Shown here: positions 51,071 to 64,000 of the stretch, piece by piece
Layout of the letters: each line of letters starts with the position of its first letter
How positions within the stretch are numbered: the stretch's first letter is position 1
Assembly (NCBI RefSeq): GCF_006345805.1
Contig: NC_043025.1
Coordinates: 2,852,001 to 2,916,000, forward strand
Reading direction: 5' to 3'
Length of the DNA: 64,000 nt
DNA from: Octopus sinensis
Taxonomy: Eukaryota
Notes under the pieces: generated by a model
What the model was told of the DNA's origin: nothing
Seen by the model: only the letters and a program-made list of their open reading frames with translations
The model's database searches: none
Program-made: the position numbers and the translations under genes

Positions 51071-51899
51071 AGGCAGAGAAAGAGAGAGAGAGAGAGATAG
51101 AGAGAGAGATTATGATGAGACAAACACAGGCACACAAACATATACACACACATACATACATATATATGTACAAAAAATACAAAAAATACAAAAAATGCAA
51201 AAGCTGCAGAAAAATAACTTCGATATAGGAAAATGCGAGGATACTGAACAAACTATTTAAAATGTCGCCATTGTTCTTAAATTACGTTTCACTTCGTTTG
51301 AAAAGAAAGAAAGTATTGATTATAATGGTGGTCACTGAATTCCCAAATTTTTCATTTAAAACTTTTTTAAATGCGTCGTTCAAAAGCATTGGCCAAAATC
51401 GGTACCGATCGGGATTGGGGATGTGAATAAAATCAACACACATTAAAACAATTTTTAAAGAGCTTCCTGCCATCATCTGCAACGTTGAGGTGAAAAAAAA
51501 AATGGAAAATCCTCTCCATAACGTAGAAAAGGTAGCTTATGAGGGAATGCTGTACCAAAAGTCTACCAAAATATTCTGTTGTGGGATACGCTCGGCAACG
51601 AAGGGATATTTATCTAGAGTATATACATATATGCGTATGTGTGTGTAGGGAATGGCGTAGATACAATCCAGGCTACATTAGCTTCATTGCTAAGAGAACC
51701 ACGAAAGCAGCATATTATCCTAACATGGGGTATACCACAACCTACTCTTCAGTCAAAGGATATCTTGATTATGTGAAGTTTACATTCTCGTTAGAATCCC
51801 CGTGTAAACTCGTTGGGAATTTGATCAAAATGCAAAGAAAGGACATTTCGGAGGAAAACAGTTGTGTTGAAGGAAAATACAAATAAAATACAAGAAATC

Positions 51900-53810
51900 C
51901 TATGTATAAGAATGAGAACGTTTGTTACTGATTAAGGAGTGTACGAAGACGAGGTTTGATATGGAAATTGGCTGGCGAGATGCTTTATGCAGGTATTCCG
52001 GGGTCATTCACGGGTCCGTTGTAGGATATATAAGTAAACATATTGTAGCATTATATATAGCCATTAAAACAGAATTAAAGGATGAAGATATAGGTGTAGT
52101 ATTTGAAATGGATAGGGTGGTGTTTGAAGGAGAGGAATGCGGAAGATAGTATATTTACGTTGCAAAATAGTAGACCACGGTTTGCTCGTCGAGTTGGTAG
52201 AACTAATTTTGCTTTAAAATCTAAGGATGGCGAGTGAAGTGGGAGATAGTAGTAGTAGTAGCTTTCATCTGAGATTATTATGCGAGTGCGTATTAGTGCG
52301 CTAGCGCATATATGGTGTGCGTCTGTAGAATCTAGTAGCTGTGTACGCGTGCCTGGGTCCTTGTATATTATCATATACTGAGGGATGTGTGTAGAGAGAG
52401 AAGAGTTAAGAAAATTTATGACGTATAAACGATAAGGAAAACAGGTTGGGAATTAAATAATGAAACAATAAAATGTTTAGGAAATGTAAAGGTAGATAAA
52501 CAGTTGTTTACTGCATAGATATATGGAGCAGGATATCAGTTGGGGTGCAAGGGAGTTAGTTAGGGGATGACACAGGGGTGGGTGGGGGATTGTTGTTATT
52601 TGGACTTAGGATATGAATTGCATAATTTGTGTCGAGAAGTAAATATTATGCTATCCCGTTCATTTAAATAATCGGTGGATTGCATAATGGAGAAGACTTC
52701 ACAATGCAGAAATCACACTTGTTATAGCCGATATAATGCTTAGCGTGGATGACCATAAACCATTTCAGATTACAAGAAATTGATTTATGTTGAAGTTTAT
52801 GGATTAGTCGAGATAAACAGGTAGTGTCAGACAATGCTTTGTCTTAAAGGGTCAGTGTTAGTAAGGAAGTTGAAGTGTGTTCTAGTTTTGTGGATATGAG
52901 GCTGGGGGTTCGGGTGAGTTATGTTAATATGGTAAAGGTTACTAATTGTATGTTTCAAAGTTTCTTATATGTTAAGATTTCGGATTGGCCCAACAATTTC
53001 AGTGGTGGTGGAGTAGGAAAATGTTATAGATTGCGGGTTAAATATTTTGGTAAAGGGGCTGGACATAGGGAGATGCTTCTCGTGTATGGTGAAGAAGAGC
53101 ATGGGTACAAGGGGTCGAGTATTAAGGGGGAAGGGAGTTGAACCAGATAACTTAACGCGTACATCTTCGTTTATTTCGATTGAGGAGTTTATCGGAGTGT
53201 ATAAAGAATTTTGGAGGTGCACACGGGTGTAGATATCGGCGGGCAGCGACGGGGTTAGGATCCAGGGTCACCGAGTGATGAGATTGCTTGTTAAGTCTTC
53301 TACTCCTTGAAAATTTGGGAGAGTAGTAGGACGATGGGTTATGCGGGATAATTTTTGTTTTATCTGGAGGACGGGTGTATTCTTGGTTCCGAGGTTTGTA
53401 GAGGGAGGCTTGTTCCACATAGGGGTATATTCGATCGAATTCTTATAACCGGCGTGTTGTAAGGCGCAATTATAATATTCAATGATTTGTTCGAATATTT
53501 CCTTACTGGCGGACAGTGATGAAATCCGTTTTGATACGATATCTACGATAGAGTTTAGCACAACTGGCGTTGTGGTTGAGGGAAAAGTTGGCGTAGTTGA
53601 GGTCCTCCTTAAGTTTATGGCATGGGTAGAAAATTTGGCTTTGTAGATCTAGGGGGACATCTAGGAAATTAGAAGTTTTAAGGCTGTTACAAAATGTTAT
53701 GCAGAGGCCCACCTTTTTAAAAAGATATCTTAGTCTTTTTCTAATCTGTTCGATTCGGCGGTTGCGAGAATCCCGAATGTCTATTGTTTTGCTTGTCCAT
53801 CTTGTCTGTT
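51900..53810 (-). mobile_element. Decayed Penelope-like element (thumb plus GIY-YIG region, 3' UTR)
   Basis: SNFLDVPLDL..YPCHKL; IVSKRISSLSASKEIFEQ..YNCALQHAGY; VIWFNSFP; left boundary approximate. Confidence 0.7.
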
Positions 53811-53905
53811 TTCTTGCTATTTATATTACTTTTTCTTCATCACCGACTTCTTCGTTGTTGTTGTTGTTCTTCTTCTTCTTCTTCTGCTTCTTCTTCTTCT
53901 TCTTA

Positions 53906-53961
<56 letters not shown>

Positions 53962-53962
53962 T

Positions 53963-54026
<64 letters not shown>

Positions 54027-54059
54027 CATTATTATTATCATTATTATTATTATTATTCT

Positions 54060-56290
54060 ATGTTTGACTTTTGCTTTATATTTGTACAAGTTGGCTCCAA
54101 GTGTCACCCAGAGACCTCAAGAGACAACAGGGTTGGAAGTTCATGTTGTTGTTATGCCTAGTGTGCCATATATTTGGGGGGTGGGGATGTTGTACTAATG
54201 AATGTCTAAAAAAAAAAAATTTTTTTTTTTTTTCTTTTTAAACCGAAAATTATGTTTGTTTTAAACCTTGAGATTACATAGAGAGTATTTTGCGTAGGAT
54301 ATGAGCAGTTCCCATGAGCACTATCTTTTGAACTTCTGCCATTTTTGGGTTTCCTGGTATCTGAGTTAGGTAGCGATCAGCCCCTTTTGCTATCATTCCC
54401 AGGGCACCTATGACAACAGGTATTGTTTTAGTCTTCAGCTTCCACATTTTGCTGATTTCTATTTCAAGATCTTTATATTTGCTCAGTTTTTGGTAGGTCT
54501 TGACAGATACGTTTATATCGATTGGGACAGTCATATCAATGAGGAGGCAAGTTTCTTTGTTTGAAGTCTTTCAATATGATGTCTGGCCTATTTGCATCTA
54601 TCTTCCTGTCAGTTTGAATGGTGAAGTTCCAGAGGAGTGAGATGTGGTCATTTCCAAGCACTGGGGGTGGTTTGTGTTCCCACCAGTGTTTTTCATGGGG
54701 CAAATCCAGGTTTTTACAGATTACCCAGTGAATATATTGTGCAGCTCTATCGTGCCTGTTGAGATACTCTGTAGGCGCTAGAAGACTGCACTTGGAGACC
54801 ACATGGTCGATGGTTTCATTTTGTTGCTTGCATACACGACACGTTGGACTGCTTCTGATCTTTAATATGTTGGCCTGGTAGTTTCTTGTTGGTAGGCATT
54901 GATCTTGAGCTGCTATGATAAACCCCTCTGTTTCAGATTTTAAGCCAGAGGCCATTAGCCATTGATGGGTCAGGGCTTTGTCGATATCTGCATTATTCGC
55001 TCTCTTTGGGTATTTGCCATAGAGAGGTTTTTCTTGCCATTTATTATTCAGAATATCTAAGGCCGCAGTTTTGGCACGGGTTTTCATGCGCCTAGCTTTT
55101 TCTGTGCTTGTTTCTTGTATATCTATCTCTAATTCCGAAATTGGTTGTATTCGGAATTCACTTAGATATTCCTTTGCCTGTTTTGTGACTGAGTATGATG
55201 CTTTCTTGTTTTCATGTTTTGAGACAAGTTTTAACATCCAGTCCTCAGAGTTTTTCAGGTAGGTGTCTAGGCCATTGTAGCAATCTTCATTGTTATTGCC
55301 AGTTGCAAAAGACCACGGCCTCCCTCTTTTCTTGGCAGATAGAGTCGTTCTGTATCTGCCTTAGGGTGGTGCATTCTATGCATTGTCAACAGTTTCCTTA
55401 TTTTTCTGTCGAGCTGACATATTTCAGTAATTGACCAGTTAACAATATTGAAACTGTAAGTCACGACTGGTATAGCTAATGCATTGATCGCTTCGATCCT
55501 GTTTCTTGCATTCAGCTCTGTCTTGAGTATTGCTCTCACTCTTCGATAGCATTCTCTCCTGATCCTTTCCTTCATCTCTGAATGCCTTATTCCGTTCCCT
55601 TCAATTACCCCTAGGTACTTGTAGCTCTCCGCTTTTATGACATTCTGTTGGTCAAGGTTAACGTTAGATGTTTCTGTCATTTTTCCTTTGATAAAGGTAG
55701 CCTTTGCACATTTATCGAGGCCGAATTGCATTCTGATGTCGTCACTGAATTGTTTGACTATCGCTAGTAAGCCCTTGAGTTGTTGATCATTTTTTGCAAA
55801 AAGCTTTAAATCATCCATGTAAACGAGATGATTTATATTTTTATCAAACATTTTATACCCATACTGCGCGTCATTGAGCAGCTTTGAGAGAGGTACTAAG
55901 GATAAACAAAAGAGGAGTAGTGACAGTGAGTCACCCTGGAAGATGCCACACGAAATTTTTACTTCACCAGCATTTAGGGATTCACTGTCACTGTTCAGAG
56001 TTAGTGTGGTTCTCCATGATCTCATACTTACAGTCAAGATGTTTCGCAGAGTTGGTGCTATCTTATGCATTTCAAGTCATTTCCTAATCCAGCTATGTGG
56101 TAGGCTATCAAAAGCCTTTTTATAGTCTATCCAGGCTATTGATAAGTTTTTGTGTCGTTTGTGACAATCTTCTAAGATCATCTTATTGATGAGTAGTTGG
56201 TCTTTACAGCCGTAGGATCCACGTTTACATCCTTTCTGTTCATTAGGGAATATGCTGCTGTCTGTTAAACAACTATAGGTATATTCCGTC
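54060..56290 (-). mobile_element. 5'-truncated R4/Dong-type LINE (third family, best preserved)
   Basis: [13 protein letters not shown]; GIFQGDSLS; NHLVYMDDLKLF; GLKSETEGFIIAAQDQ; CRVCKQQNETIDHVVSKC; ANRPDII; IPVVIGALG; flanked by (TTA)n on both sides (53910-54058, 56292-56349). Confidence 0.95.
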
Positions 56291-56351
<61 letters not shown>

Positions 56352-56809
56352 CAACATTATAACTGAACCAAGTGAAACCGAGTTGATTGAGCAGAGTACT
56401 TTTTGAAATGTCAACTGATGAGAAACATCTGCAAAGAAAGATGCACCGCGGCCACTCGACCATTATCTCATCCGTGAGGGGCGGATTGAAGACGGGTTGA
56501 AACGGCAGTAAGGATTAACGAATCTCGAAAAATCCATTTTCCATTTCCGTCATACGTGTGTGTGTGTGTGTATTGTGAGTGTGTGTGTGAGTGTGTGTGT
56601 GTGTATGTGTGTGTATTGTGAGTGTGTGTGTATTGTGAGTGTGTGTGTGAGTGTATGTGTGTGTGTGTGTGTGTGTTTCATACGCTTAAGCGATGGCACG
56701 GCTGTGTGATAAGAATTTTGCTTCTGTATTCAGTCCTTCTGCGTGTACTCTGGTCTCCACCCGAACAAACCCCTTTATGTTGGTTAAGTGGGTAACTGAA
56801 GGAAACCCG

Positions 56810-57362
56810 TCGTATATATAAAGTTCCTGGACGAGCTATTTTTAATAAAAGTAACTTATATTACCTGAGCAATAATACTACTGCCCCACCTTTTCTGACA
56901 CTTTTGGAATCCGGCCTGGACTTAGTTTAGCATAGGCGAGTCGAGGACCTCTTGATCTCGACGACGGCGTTAAATTCGCTCTTGATCTCGACCTCTGAGC
57001 TGATTTTTCATCTTGAGGAACAGTTGCAAGTCTGCAGGTGGTAAATCTGTTGAATAGGGCAGGTGCAAACTTACGAGTGAGGTGATAGGTGCATTGTTGT
57101 CGTGAAAAATTCCATACTTCGGGAATCACAGATCCGGTCATTTTCCCCGAACGTCCTCCCTGAAAAATCTCCCAATGCACAATACCGAGGATGTCGGAAA
57201 AAAAATGATGAAGATGGTCTTGATTAAGCTGTGATTTTTTCGTGCGCCCGTACACTCGAAACATTACATACGGCCCACTGTCTCAGCGCGCATAAAATCG
57301 TATGCAGCCATCAGTTGGCGCGCTATAGAACACGTTCGTGAAATTTTAAAATGACCTCGTAC
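56810..57362 (-). mobile_element. Internally deleted or decayed mariner element
   Basis: Starts tacgaggtcatttt after (TA)n; FFxDIxGIVHWE, HDNAP remnants; aataaa..gtccaggaacttt 3' end. Confidence 0.6.
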
Positions 57363-57363
57363 A

Positions 57364-57422
<59 letters not shown>

Positions 57423-57459
57423 TCATAGATATGTATGCATTTCATACATACATACATAC

Positions 57460-57543
<84 letters not shown>

Positions 57544-58200
57544 TATATATTTATATATATACTAACAAATATTCATACATGCATACATCTATCTCATATA
57601 CATATATCTGCTTGTATTTGTGCATTTATATATATATATAAATATATATCTATATCTATATTCTCTCTCTTTCTCTCTCTTTCTATTTATCTATCTATCT
57701 ATCTATCTGTCGTCTACGAGACAACCATACTGCCATTTAACCACAGGAACACATCAGTTGATTTATTCAGTTCGCTTCGATATTCACTCGATATTTAGTG
57801 CAATCGGGAGATAACACCTGCTTCCCTAGCTCCAAGACTCTACCCCACTGGTTTCGATCTGTATTTGATCTCCTTGGAGGTGGGTAGTCGTCGCCAGGCA
57901 TGTCAGGAGTTTACATCGATTGCAATATATAGAAAATAGTGTCATTGATTGTGTAACTAGGACACTAATATGTTGGAAAATCTCTGTTCATGAAAGAAGC
58001 AGTATAAGAAGCAAAAAAATCACTTTACAGAGGTTAAATATATGTGATATATATATTCATGTATGTATTGAGACATTATACACATCAAATTACACAAACA
58101 CATGCCTATAGTTATGTACATATATGTGTGTGTGCGTGTGTTCGTAGTGCTTTGTTGTGTGTGTGTGTATATATGTGAGTGTGTGGGTGTGGGTGAGTGT

Positions 58201-58247
<47 letters not shown>

Positions 58248-58664
58248 AGAAAAATCATATTTAGAAACGTAAATTTATGCTATTATAATCTAATAAATTG
58301 CATTTTTTTTGCATTACCGTGTCGCCTTAATGAAATTCCTCACACACATGCATACACTCTAACTGACAAACACAAATACAAACACTCAGACTAAGCGATA
58401 AATTCATAGAGTGGAACATTTTGCGTTGAGAAAATGAAAGACATAGGCTGAGAGAGAGAGGGGAGAGAGAGAGAAAGGGAAATCTTTCTTTGCTTCTGTC
58501 ACAGTTTTTGAAATTTAGTATATTGATAAATTCCTTCACAATGAATCCGATTTTTTGACCCATGTATCTACCTGTATGTATATATATATATATATATATA
58601 TGTGTGTAAACAAAGTCAAATGCGATACAATAAAATTAATTATTATCGCTGGTGTTCTAGGACA

Positions 58665-59259
58665 CTAGCTTAAGGTGACCCGCTCTACGCGCGGGTAAGT
58701 GTGTGGTATATGTAAAATTGTATGCAAATTATATATATATATATATATAAATACAGATATATACACATTCTATATATATATATTATATATACATATTTAT
58801 ATATAGAACACACACGCACACACATAAATTAACCCAATATATATCTGATTCATAATATTTGTTCTCATGATTGTGTGTCGGTGCTGGCGATGATAATTTT
58901 CTATATGAATGCAGACAGACGTAGAGAGAGAGAGAGAGTGAAAGCGCTGTCGAAGCGGCGGGGGAAGATAGTAGACGCTGCGAAACGACGTTATAGAGAG
59001 AATGTGAAGGGAAGGAAGGAAAGAGAGTGACATGGAGGAAGACAGGCAGATAAGAGAATGAGAGGAGACTTGTCAAAGTGTTAATTTTTCGCCCTCGTAA
59101 CCACACCTTTTAAGATCGGGATTTCTCACCTAGCCCACCCCCATCCTCACCTCATTTTACATGTTCCTGTAAATTTTGGAGTCAATCCGACGAGATCTAG
59201 TGGCCTTTAACCCGTTCCAATGAAAATGAGACAAAATTTTCGCATTTCAGATTTATAGA
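58665..59259 (-). mobile_element. Complete non-autonomous Helitron (595 bp)
   Basis: A|TCTATAAATCTG 5' end; 3' hairpin acccgc..gcgggt then CTAG|T; AT target, no TSD. Confidence 0.8.
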
Positions 59260-59295
59260 TGTTGATATATATATACACACACACACATATATATA

Positions 59296-59525
59296 TGACG
59301 GTGAGCTGGCAGAAACGTTAGCACGCCGGGCGAAATGCTTTGCGGTTTTTCGTCTGTCGTTACGTTCTGGGTTCAAATTCCGCCGAGGTCGACTTTACCC
59401 TTCATCCTTTCGGGGTCGATAAATAAAGTACCAGTTTCGTACTGGGGTCGATGTAATCGACTTACTCCCTTTGTATGTCCTTGTTTGTCCCCTCTATGTT
59501 TAGCCCCTTGTGGGTAGTAAAGAAA
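59296..59525 (+). mobile_element. tRNA-derived SINE, near full length
   Basis: ggtgagctggcagaaacgttagcacgccgggcgaaatgc..gggttcaaattccgccgaggtcgac..gggtagtaaagaaat. Confidence 0.85.
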
Positions 59526-59549
59526 TATATATATATATATATATATATA

Positions 59550-60105
59550 TTGAATCAAAATAAGCAACAAGAATAACTTCGGAATTTGGTACGATCGTTT
59601 CATGCTACATCATTTTATTAAATGTTATAAGTATTACAACAGTTTTAAAATGTTGAACAATCATCAGTCATTTATAGAGGTTTTCCATTAATACATAATT
59701 TTGGTAACAATTGATAACATTATAGAGAAGGTAGATATATAGACAAGGATGTGGATTTAAATTTTAAGAACATTAAGGTAGTAGTGTTTATCAACTGACT
59801 GAAGAATATTCAGAATATTCAGTCGTTTTGAACTGCTAGAAGTTTTGGGAAGAATGATCAATTGAAAGGAGACAGGAAATATTTTCTATAATAGTAGTAA
59901 ACGGCCTCTGTAGCATTACAACCCTTTCCCTCTACCCCAGTTTCTTTATATAGAACTTTGACACCTATTTCACTCCTATTTCTAGAAGTAGAAAATCTTC
60001 TCTATAATGTTATCAATTGATATGAAAATTATGTTTTAATGGAAAACCTCTATTAATGGCTGATGATTACTCAACATTTTAACCCTGTTGTAATACTCAT
60101 AATAT
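59550..60105. repeat. Inverted-repeat element with degenerate minus-strand hammerhead (59585-59672)
   Basis: Arms 59625-59730 / 59997-60103; minus strand CTGATGA..GAAAC gatc GTA. Confidence 0.7.
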
Positions 60106-60422
60106 TATATATGTATATATATATGTGTGTGTGTATATATAGTTAGTAAAAAGAAATAGAGAAGAAATAATATTGGCTATTATTTTTTACCTCAATGAAA
60201 AAGTAATACGTACAATATTTAAGATGTAAAGGAAGCGAATCAACAAATGACATAAACATAAAGCAATCCTACAATTGTTTCAATCGTGCTGTTAGATTTC
60301 GATCATCACCGTTTCAGCGATGATAGATGTAAAATAACCCCGCATTATATGTCCGGATATCATCAGTGACAATGTTTACTTTCTGGCGGTGAACAACGAA
60401 ATAACTAAGATGAAGACTGTAT

Positions 60423-60509
<87 letters not shown>

Positions 60510-60743
60510 GTGTGTGTGTTTGTGCGTGTGTGTGTAGGCGCAGGAGTAGTTGTGCGGTAAGAAGTATGCCACCGAACCACATGGTTCCAGGTTAAGTCCC
60601 ACTGCATGGCACCTTGGGCAAGTTTCTTTTGTATGTTTTGTAGTATTTAATACATTTTACATTTATAGAATAACTGAACGTCACGCATCCCAACTTTTGT
60701 TAACAGTGAGTTTGCATATACATACATATGTAAATATAGGTAT

Positions 60744-61460
60744 ACTAGCAGTTAAGCCCGATTTCACCCGGTCTGTTTTGATGATGTGGGTTTGATCGTT
60801 TTCGGTTAGGCATAATCTATAACGGCGTTTCTCAACCTTATCATTTCGGGTACCCCGTTTCGATTGGAGCCTCCAGCTATATGAAAATTTCTTTCCATCA
60901 CCACCCCTCCCGCTGTCAGAAAACAGCTTCAGGAGTTGTGAAGAAAGAATTTGTACGTAGTCTGTTTCTGAGAGCTATTGTATTGGACCACTGTTTAATC
61001 ATTAAAACATTTATTTAATTATGAAGATAGAAAGAAATTATAAATTAATCCCTATTTTTGTAAGCAGTTGTATCCATAAACATTTTCTTTGCAGAGAGCA
61101 GAAGAGGGTGAGAAAGAGAGATAGGGTGAGTGAGTGATGGTGTGTGTCATTGAGTTACATTGGCTGGCACGGCGGCTACGACGCTTTTGGGGCGGCAGAT
61201 GACTGGGGTGTTTTGAAAGATGTGAAGAAATGCCATCTTTTCAGAGGAGCGCTTCTTTGTAGGCAACATTTCTCGTTTTCCCTTCTGATGCACAAAAGTC
61301 AAGACTTTGTGTGCTGCCAATATGGGAGCAGCCAACGAAGAGTTGACCGTGCGAGAACACTTGCTCTGTGAGATTTAAACCAACCCTTTGCAATGATTGA
61401 CCCACTACCTTATTTATTGTCATTGCAAAGGAGAGTTTTGGTAAATGACGACTACCCACT
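60744..61460 (-). mobile_element. Helitron 3' end with PIF1 helicase C-terminus
   Basis: LSFAMTINKVVGQSLQRVGLNL..VFSHGQLFVGCS..GKTRNVAYKEAL; terminal hairpin gaccgg..tcgggc then CTAG|T at about 60744. Confidence 0.85.
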
Positions 61461-61489
61461 TCAGCACGACATGTAATTGTAGTTTAAAA

Positions 61490-62386
61490 TAACACATATT
61501 ATTGAATCAGTATCTCAAAAACGTGAGCATGAATATATTTCTATACGTTCTTTTCTTGAAGTAAGCATAACTCCGCATAAATATATATTTCATAATATAC
61601 CCACCTATAGACACAAATACAAACATAGATATCCACGTACAATCGTACACTGATACACAAAATGTGAGACATTTATGCAGACACATAGAGACACAAATAC
61701 TCATAGACACCTTCATACACACTCTAACATGAAAATAGTAGCAGAACATTAGAGATAGAGAGAGAAAAAGGAAGATAAGAAGACATTAAGTTCCTAGAAA
61801 TATTTCGTAAATAAAATAATATCAAAAAACTTAAGCAACTTACATTTGCTCTAAACTTGGAAGATTTTGAAAGCATCCTTGTTGGATGGTTGTGATCTTA
61901 TTGTCATTGAGATCTCTGAAACATAAAACACAGTTCAAAAGTAAGAGTATTAAAGAGTATTAAAAAGATTTCTTATAAAATATTAAATGTTGTAACTTTA
62001 GAATGATATTAATAAAAAGAGAACGATGATGAAGAAAATGGCCGCGATGATGTTGATGATGATGATGAGGAGATTGCGATGTTGATTGTAAATGTTGTAA
62101 TAATGACGGTGAGAAGGAAAAATAATGATGATTATTACCGAAAACGATGACAAGCGCTACCGATTAATTGGTGATGACGACGTTGATTATTATGATGTTC
62201 ATAACGAAGGTGATGATGATTCTGCATGCTAGAAATAGCAGAGTAAATGGTGGGAGGAAATAGTTATGATGACAAGATAACGATTAGTGAATATGAAAAT
62301 ATGATTAGCAGAAGGACTATGAATATGATAGCGCTGAAGATGATGAGGACGATGATGATGATGATGATGATGATGATGGTGACGAC

Positions 62387-62433
<47 letters not shown>

Positions 62434-62434
62434 C

Positions 62435-62466
<32 letters not shown>

Positions 62467-62633
62467 CAAATTTAGAAACTGATAAGAATAACGAAGAAGG
62501 TGAAGGAAAATAAATCATAGAACGTAAAGATATAGAGAAGAAGAAGAAGAAGAAGAAGAAGAAGAAGAAGAAGAAGAAGAAGAAGAAGAAGAAGAAGAAG
62601 AAGAAGAAGAAGAAGAAGAAGAAGAAGAAGAAG

Positions 62634-62665
<32 letters not shown>

Positions 62666-62901
62666 GAAGAGGCGAATATGATTCATGAAGAGAGGAGAAA
62701 GCATTTGAAAAACTTAAAAGCAGAAGAACCAGAAAATGATGAACAAGATGAATGTAGAGAAAAATTGTGAAGAAGACGATAAATGCAGGAAAAGAAGATA
62801 TATTAGGAGAAGAAAAATAATGTGGAATATCAGAATGGGGAAACAAGTGGGAATAAAGGAATATAAATACAAATACTGTAGTCACACATCAAACAAACAC
62901 A

Positions 62902-62942
<41 letters not shown>

Positions 62943-63815
62943 TATAATATATGTATATATGTATGTATAAATGCACATAAACTCATACACCTATATATAC
63001 CTTATCAAACCCTGATGTATAAACGCACACACTCACATCCAGGCCACACATATATTCCCACTTTCTCACACACAGGCAAACACAAATTGCAAGACAATAT
63101 GAATTGTAGAAGAATGAGGGTAAATAAAGAAGATAAGAGAGACATTTAGTTTGTGGAAAAGACATTGGATGACATATCGAGATCTTATTATGAAGAAGAT
63201 GACTAACATAAGAGAAAGTTGATGATGAAGAATAGGCCGAAAAAGGAAACAACGATGAAGCAGCAGCAGCAGTAACAGCAGCGGTAGTAGCAGTAGTAGA
63301 AAAAGAAGAAGAAGAAGAAGAATATGATGATGATGATGATGATAATGATGATGAAGATGATGGACAACAACAGCAACAACATTAAAACAACAATAAGAGA
63401 AGTGGCAGATAATGTAGGAGCTGAAGAAAAGAATGATGTAAAAAATAAGGAGGAACCGAAGGAGTCTGTCATGAAGAAAACTTAAATATAATATTTCTGA
63501 TCTTATAATAATTCTGCTTGTCATTATGTTAATTAGTCCGTCGGTAAAGCTTTCTCGTGATTAGAGAAAAAGAGGGAGAACGAAAAAGAGTGAAAGAGAA
63601 ATGTCCATGACCTGAGGTAGAAGGAACGTGACTGTAATGCTTTCACGTGATTAGTTGAATGGAAAGAGAGACCAAGAGAAAGAAAAAGGAATGAGAAAAC
63701 GAAAGTAAGTCGAAGAGTGGAGCAGAAGGAGAGGGAGAGGGATAAAAGGGGAGAGAGAAAATATTTATTACGTGAAGAAAAATTTAGTTGAAGGTAGTGA
63801 TACTGGGGAGGTTTA
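61490..63815 (+). repeat. Composite block, long type, copy 3
   Basis: Colinear with 45420-47740; includes (GAT)n and (AAG)n at 62535-62662. Confidence 0.9.
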
Positions 63816-63819
63816 CGTA

Positions 63820-64000
63820 ACAACCACATAGAAACAGACATCTTTTATAAACCCACTGATTCTAAACAATACCTATTATTTAACTCTTGCTGCCCCAAAC
63901 ACAAAACTTAATATATCGTTTAATCTAGCGAAAAGAATCTGTACCATATTTTCGGATACTTATACTCGTGAACAAAGACTCCTTGAACTTAGATCAACAC
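63820..64000 (+). mobile_element. Penelope-like RT thumb fragment (runs off window)
   Basis: IETDIFYKPTDSKQYLLFNSCCPKH..SFNLAKRICTIFSD..REQRLLEL. Confidence 0.8.

Noticed and set aside
51665-51760. Hammerhead-like CTGAAGA..GAAGC on the minus strand; similar relic at 32350-32385
   Set aside because: Core mutated and stems I/II not convincingly paired.

Overview
AT-rich, microsatellite-dense eukaryotic DNA. The SINE families and repeat landscape look like an octopus (coleoid cephalopod) genome; this is an inference. Almost all six-frame ORFs are microsatellite or transposon artefacts. One spliced host gene runs on the minus strand. I traced five phase-compatible GT-AG exons (24587-24516, 10883-10726, 5246-5155, 3893-3710, 1391-1309) encoding an LRR, an LRR C-terminal cap, a 12-Cys Ly6/uPAR (three-finger) domain and the start of a further domain. 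Neither end of the gene was identified, and it is possibly an adhesion-GPCR-type receptor ectodomain. The introns and upstream region contain decayed R4/Dong-type LINEs, Penelope-like elements, a DD41D Tc1/mariner, a decayed Helitron RepHel plus non-autonomous Helitrons, a Gypsy gag remnant, an ORF1-only LINE and SINEs. The most notable non-coding signals are about eight Penelope-type minimal hammerhead ribozyme motifs (three with a U3-A8 compensated core, several inside long inverted repeats) and a Helitron-derived composite block repeated with about 15-16 kb higher-order periodicity. All coordinates were read by eye; element boundaries are approximate.
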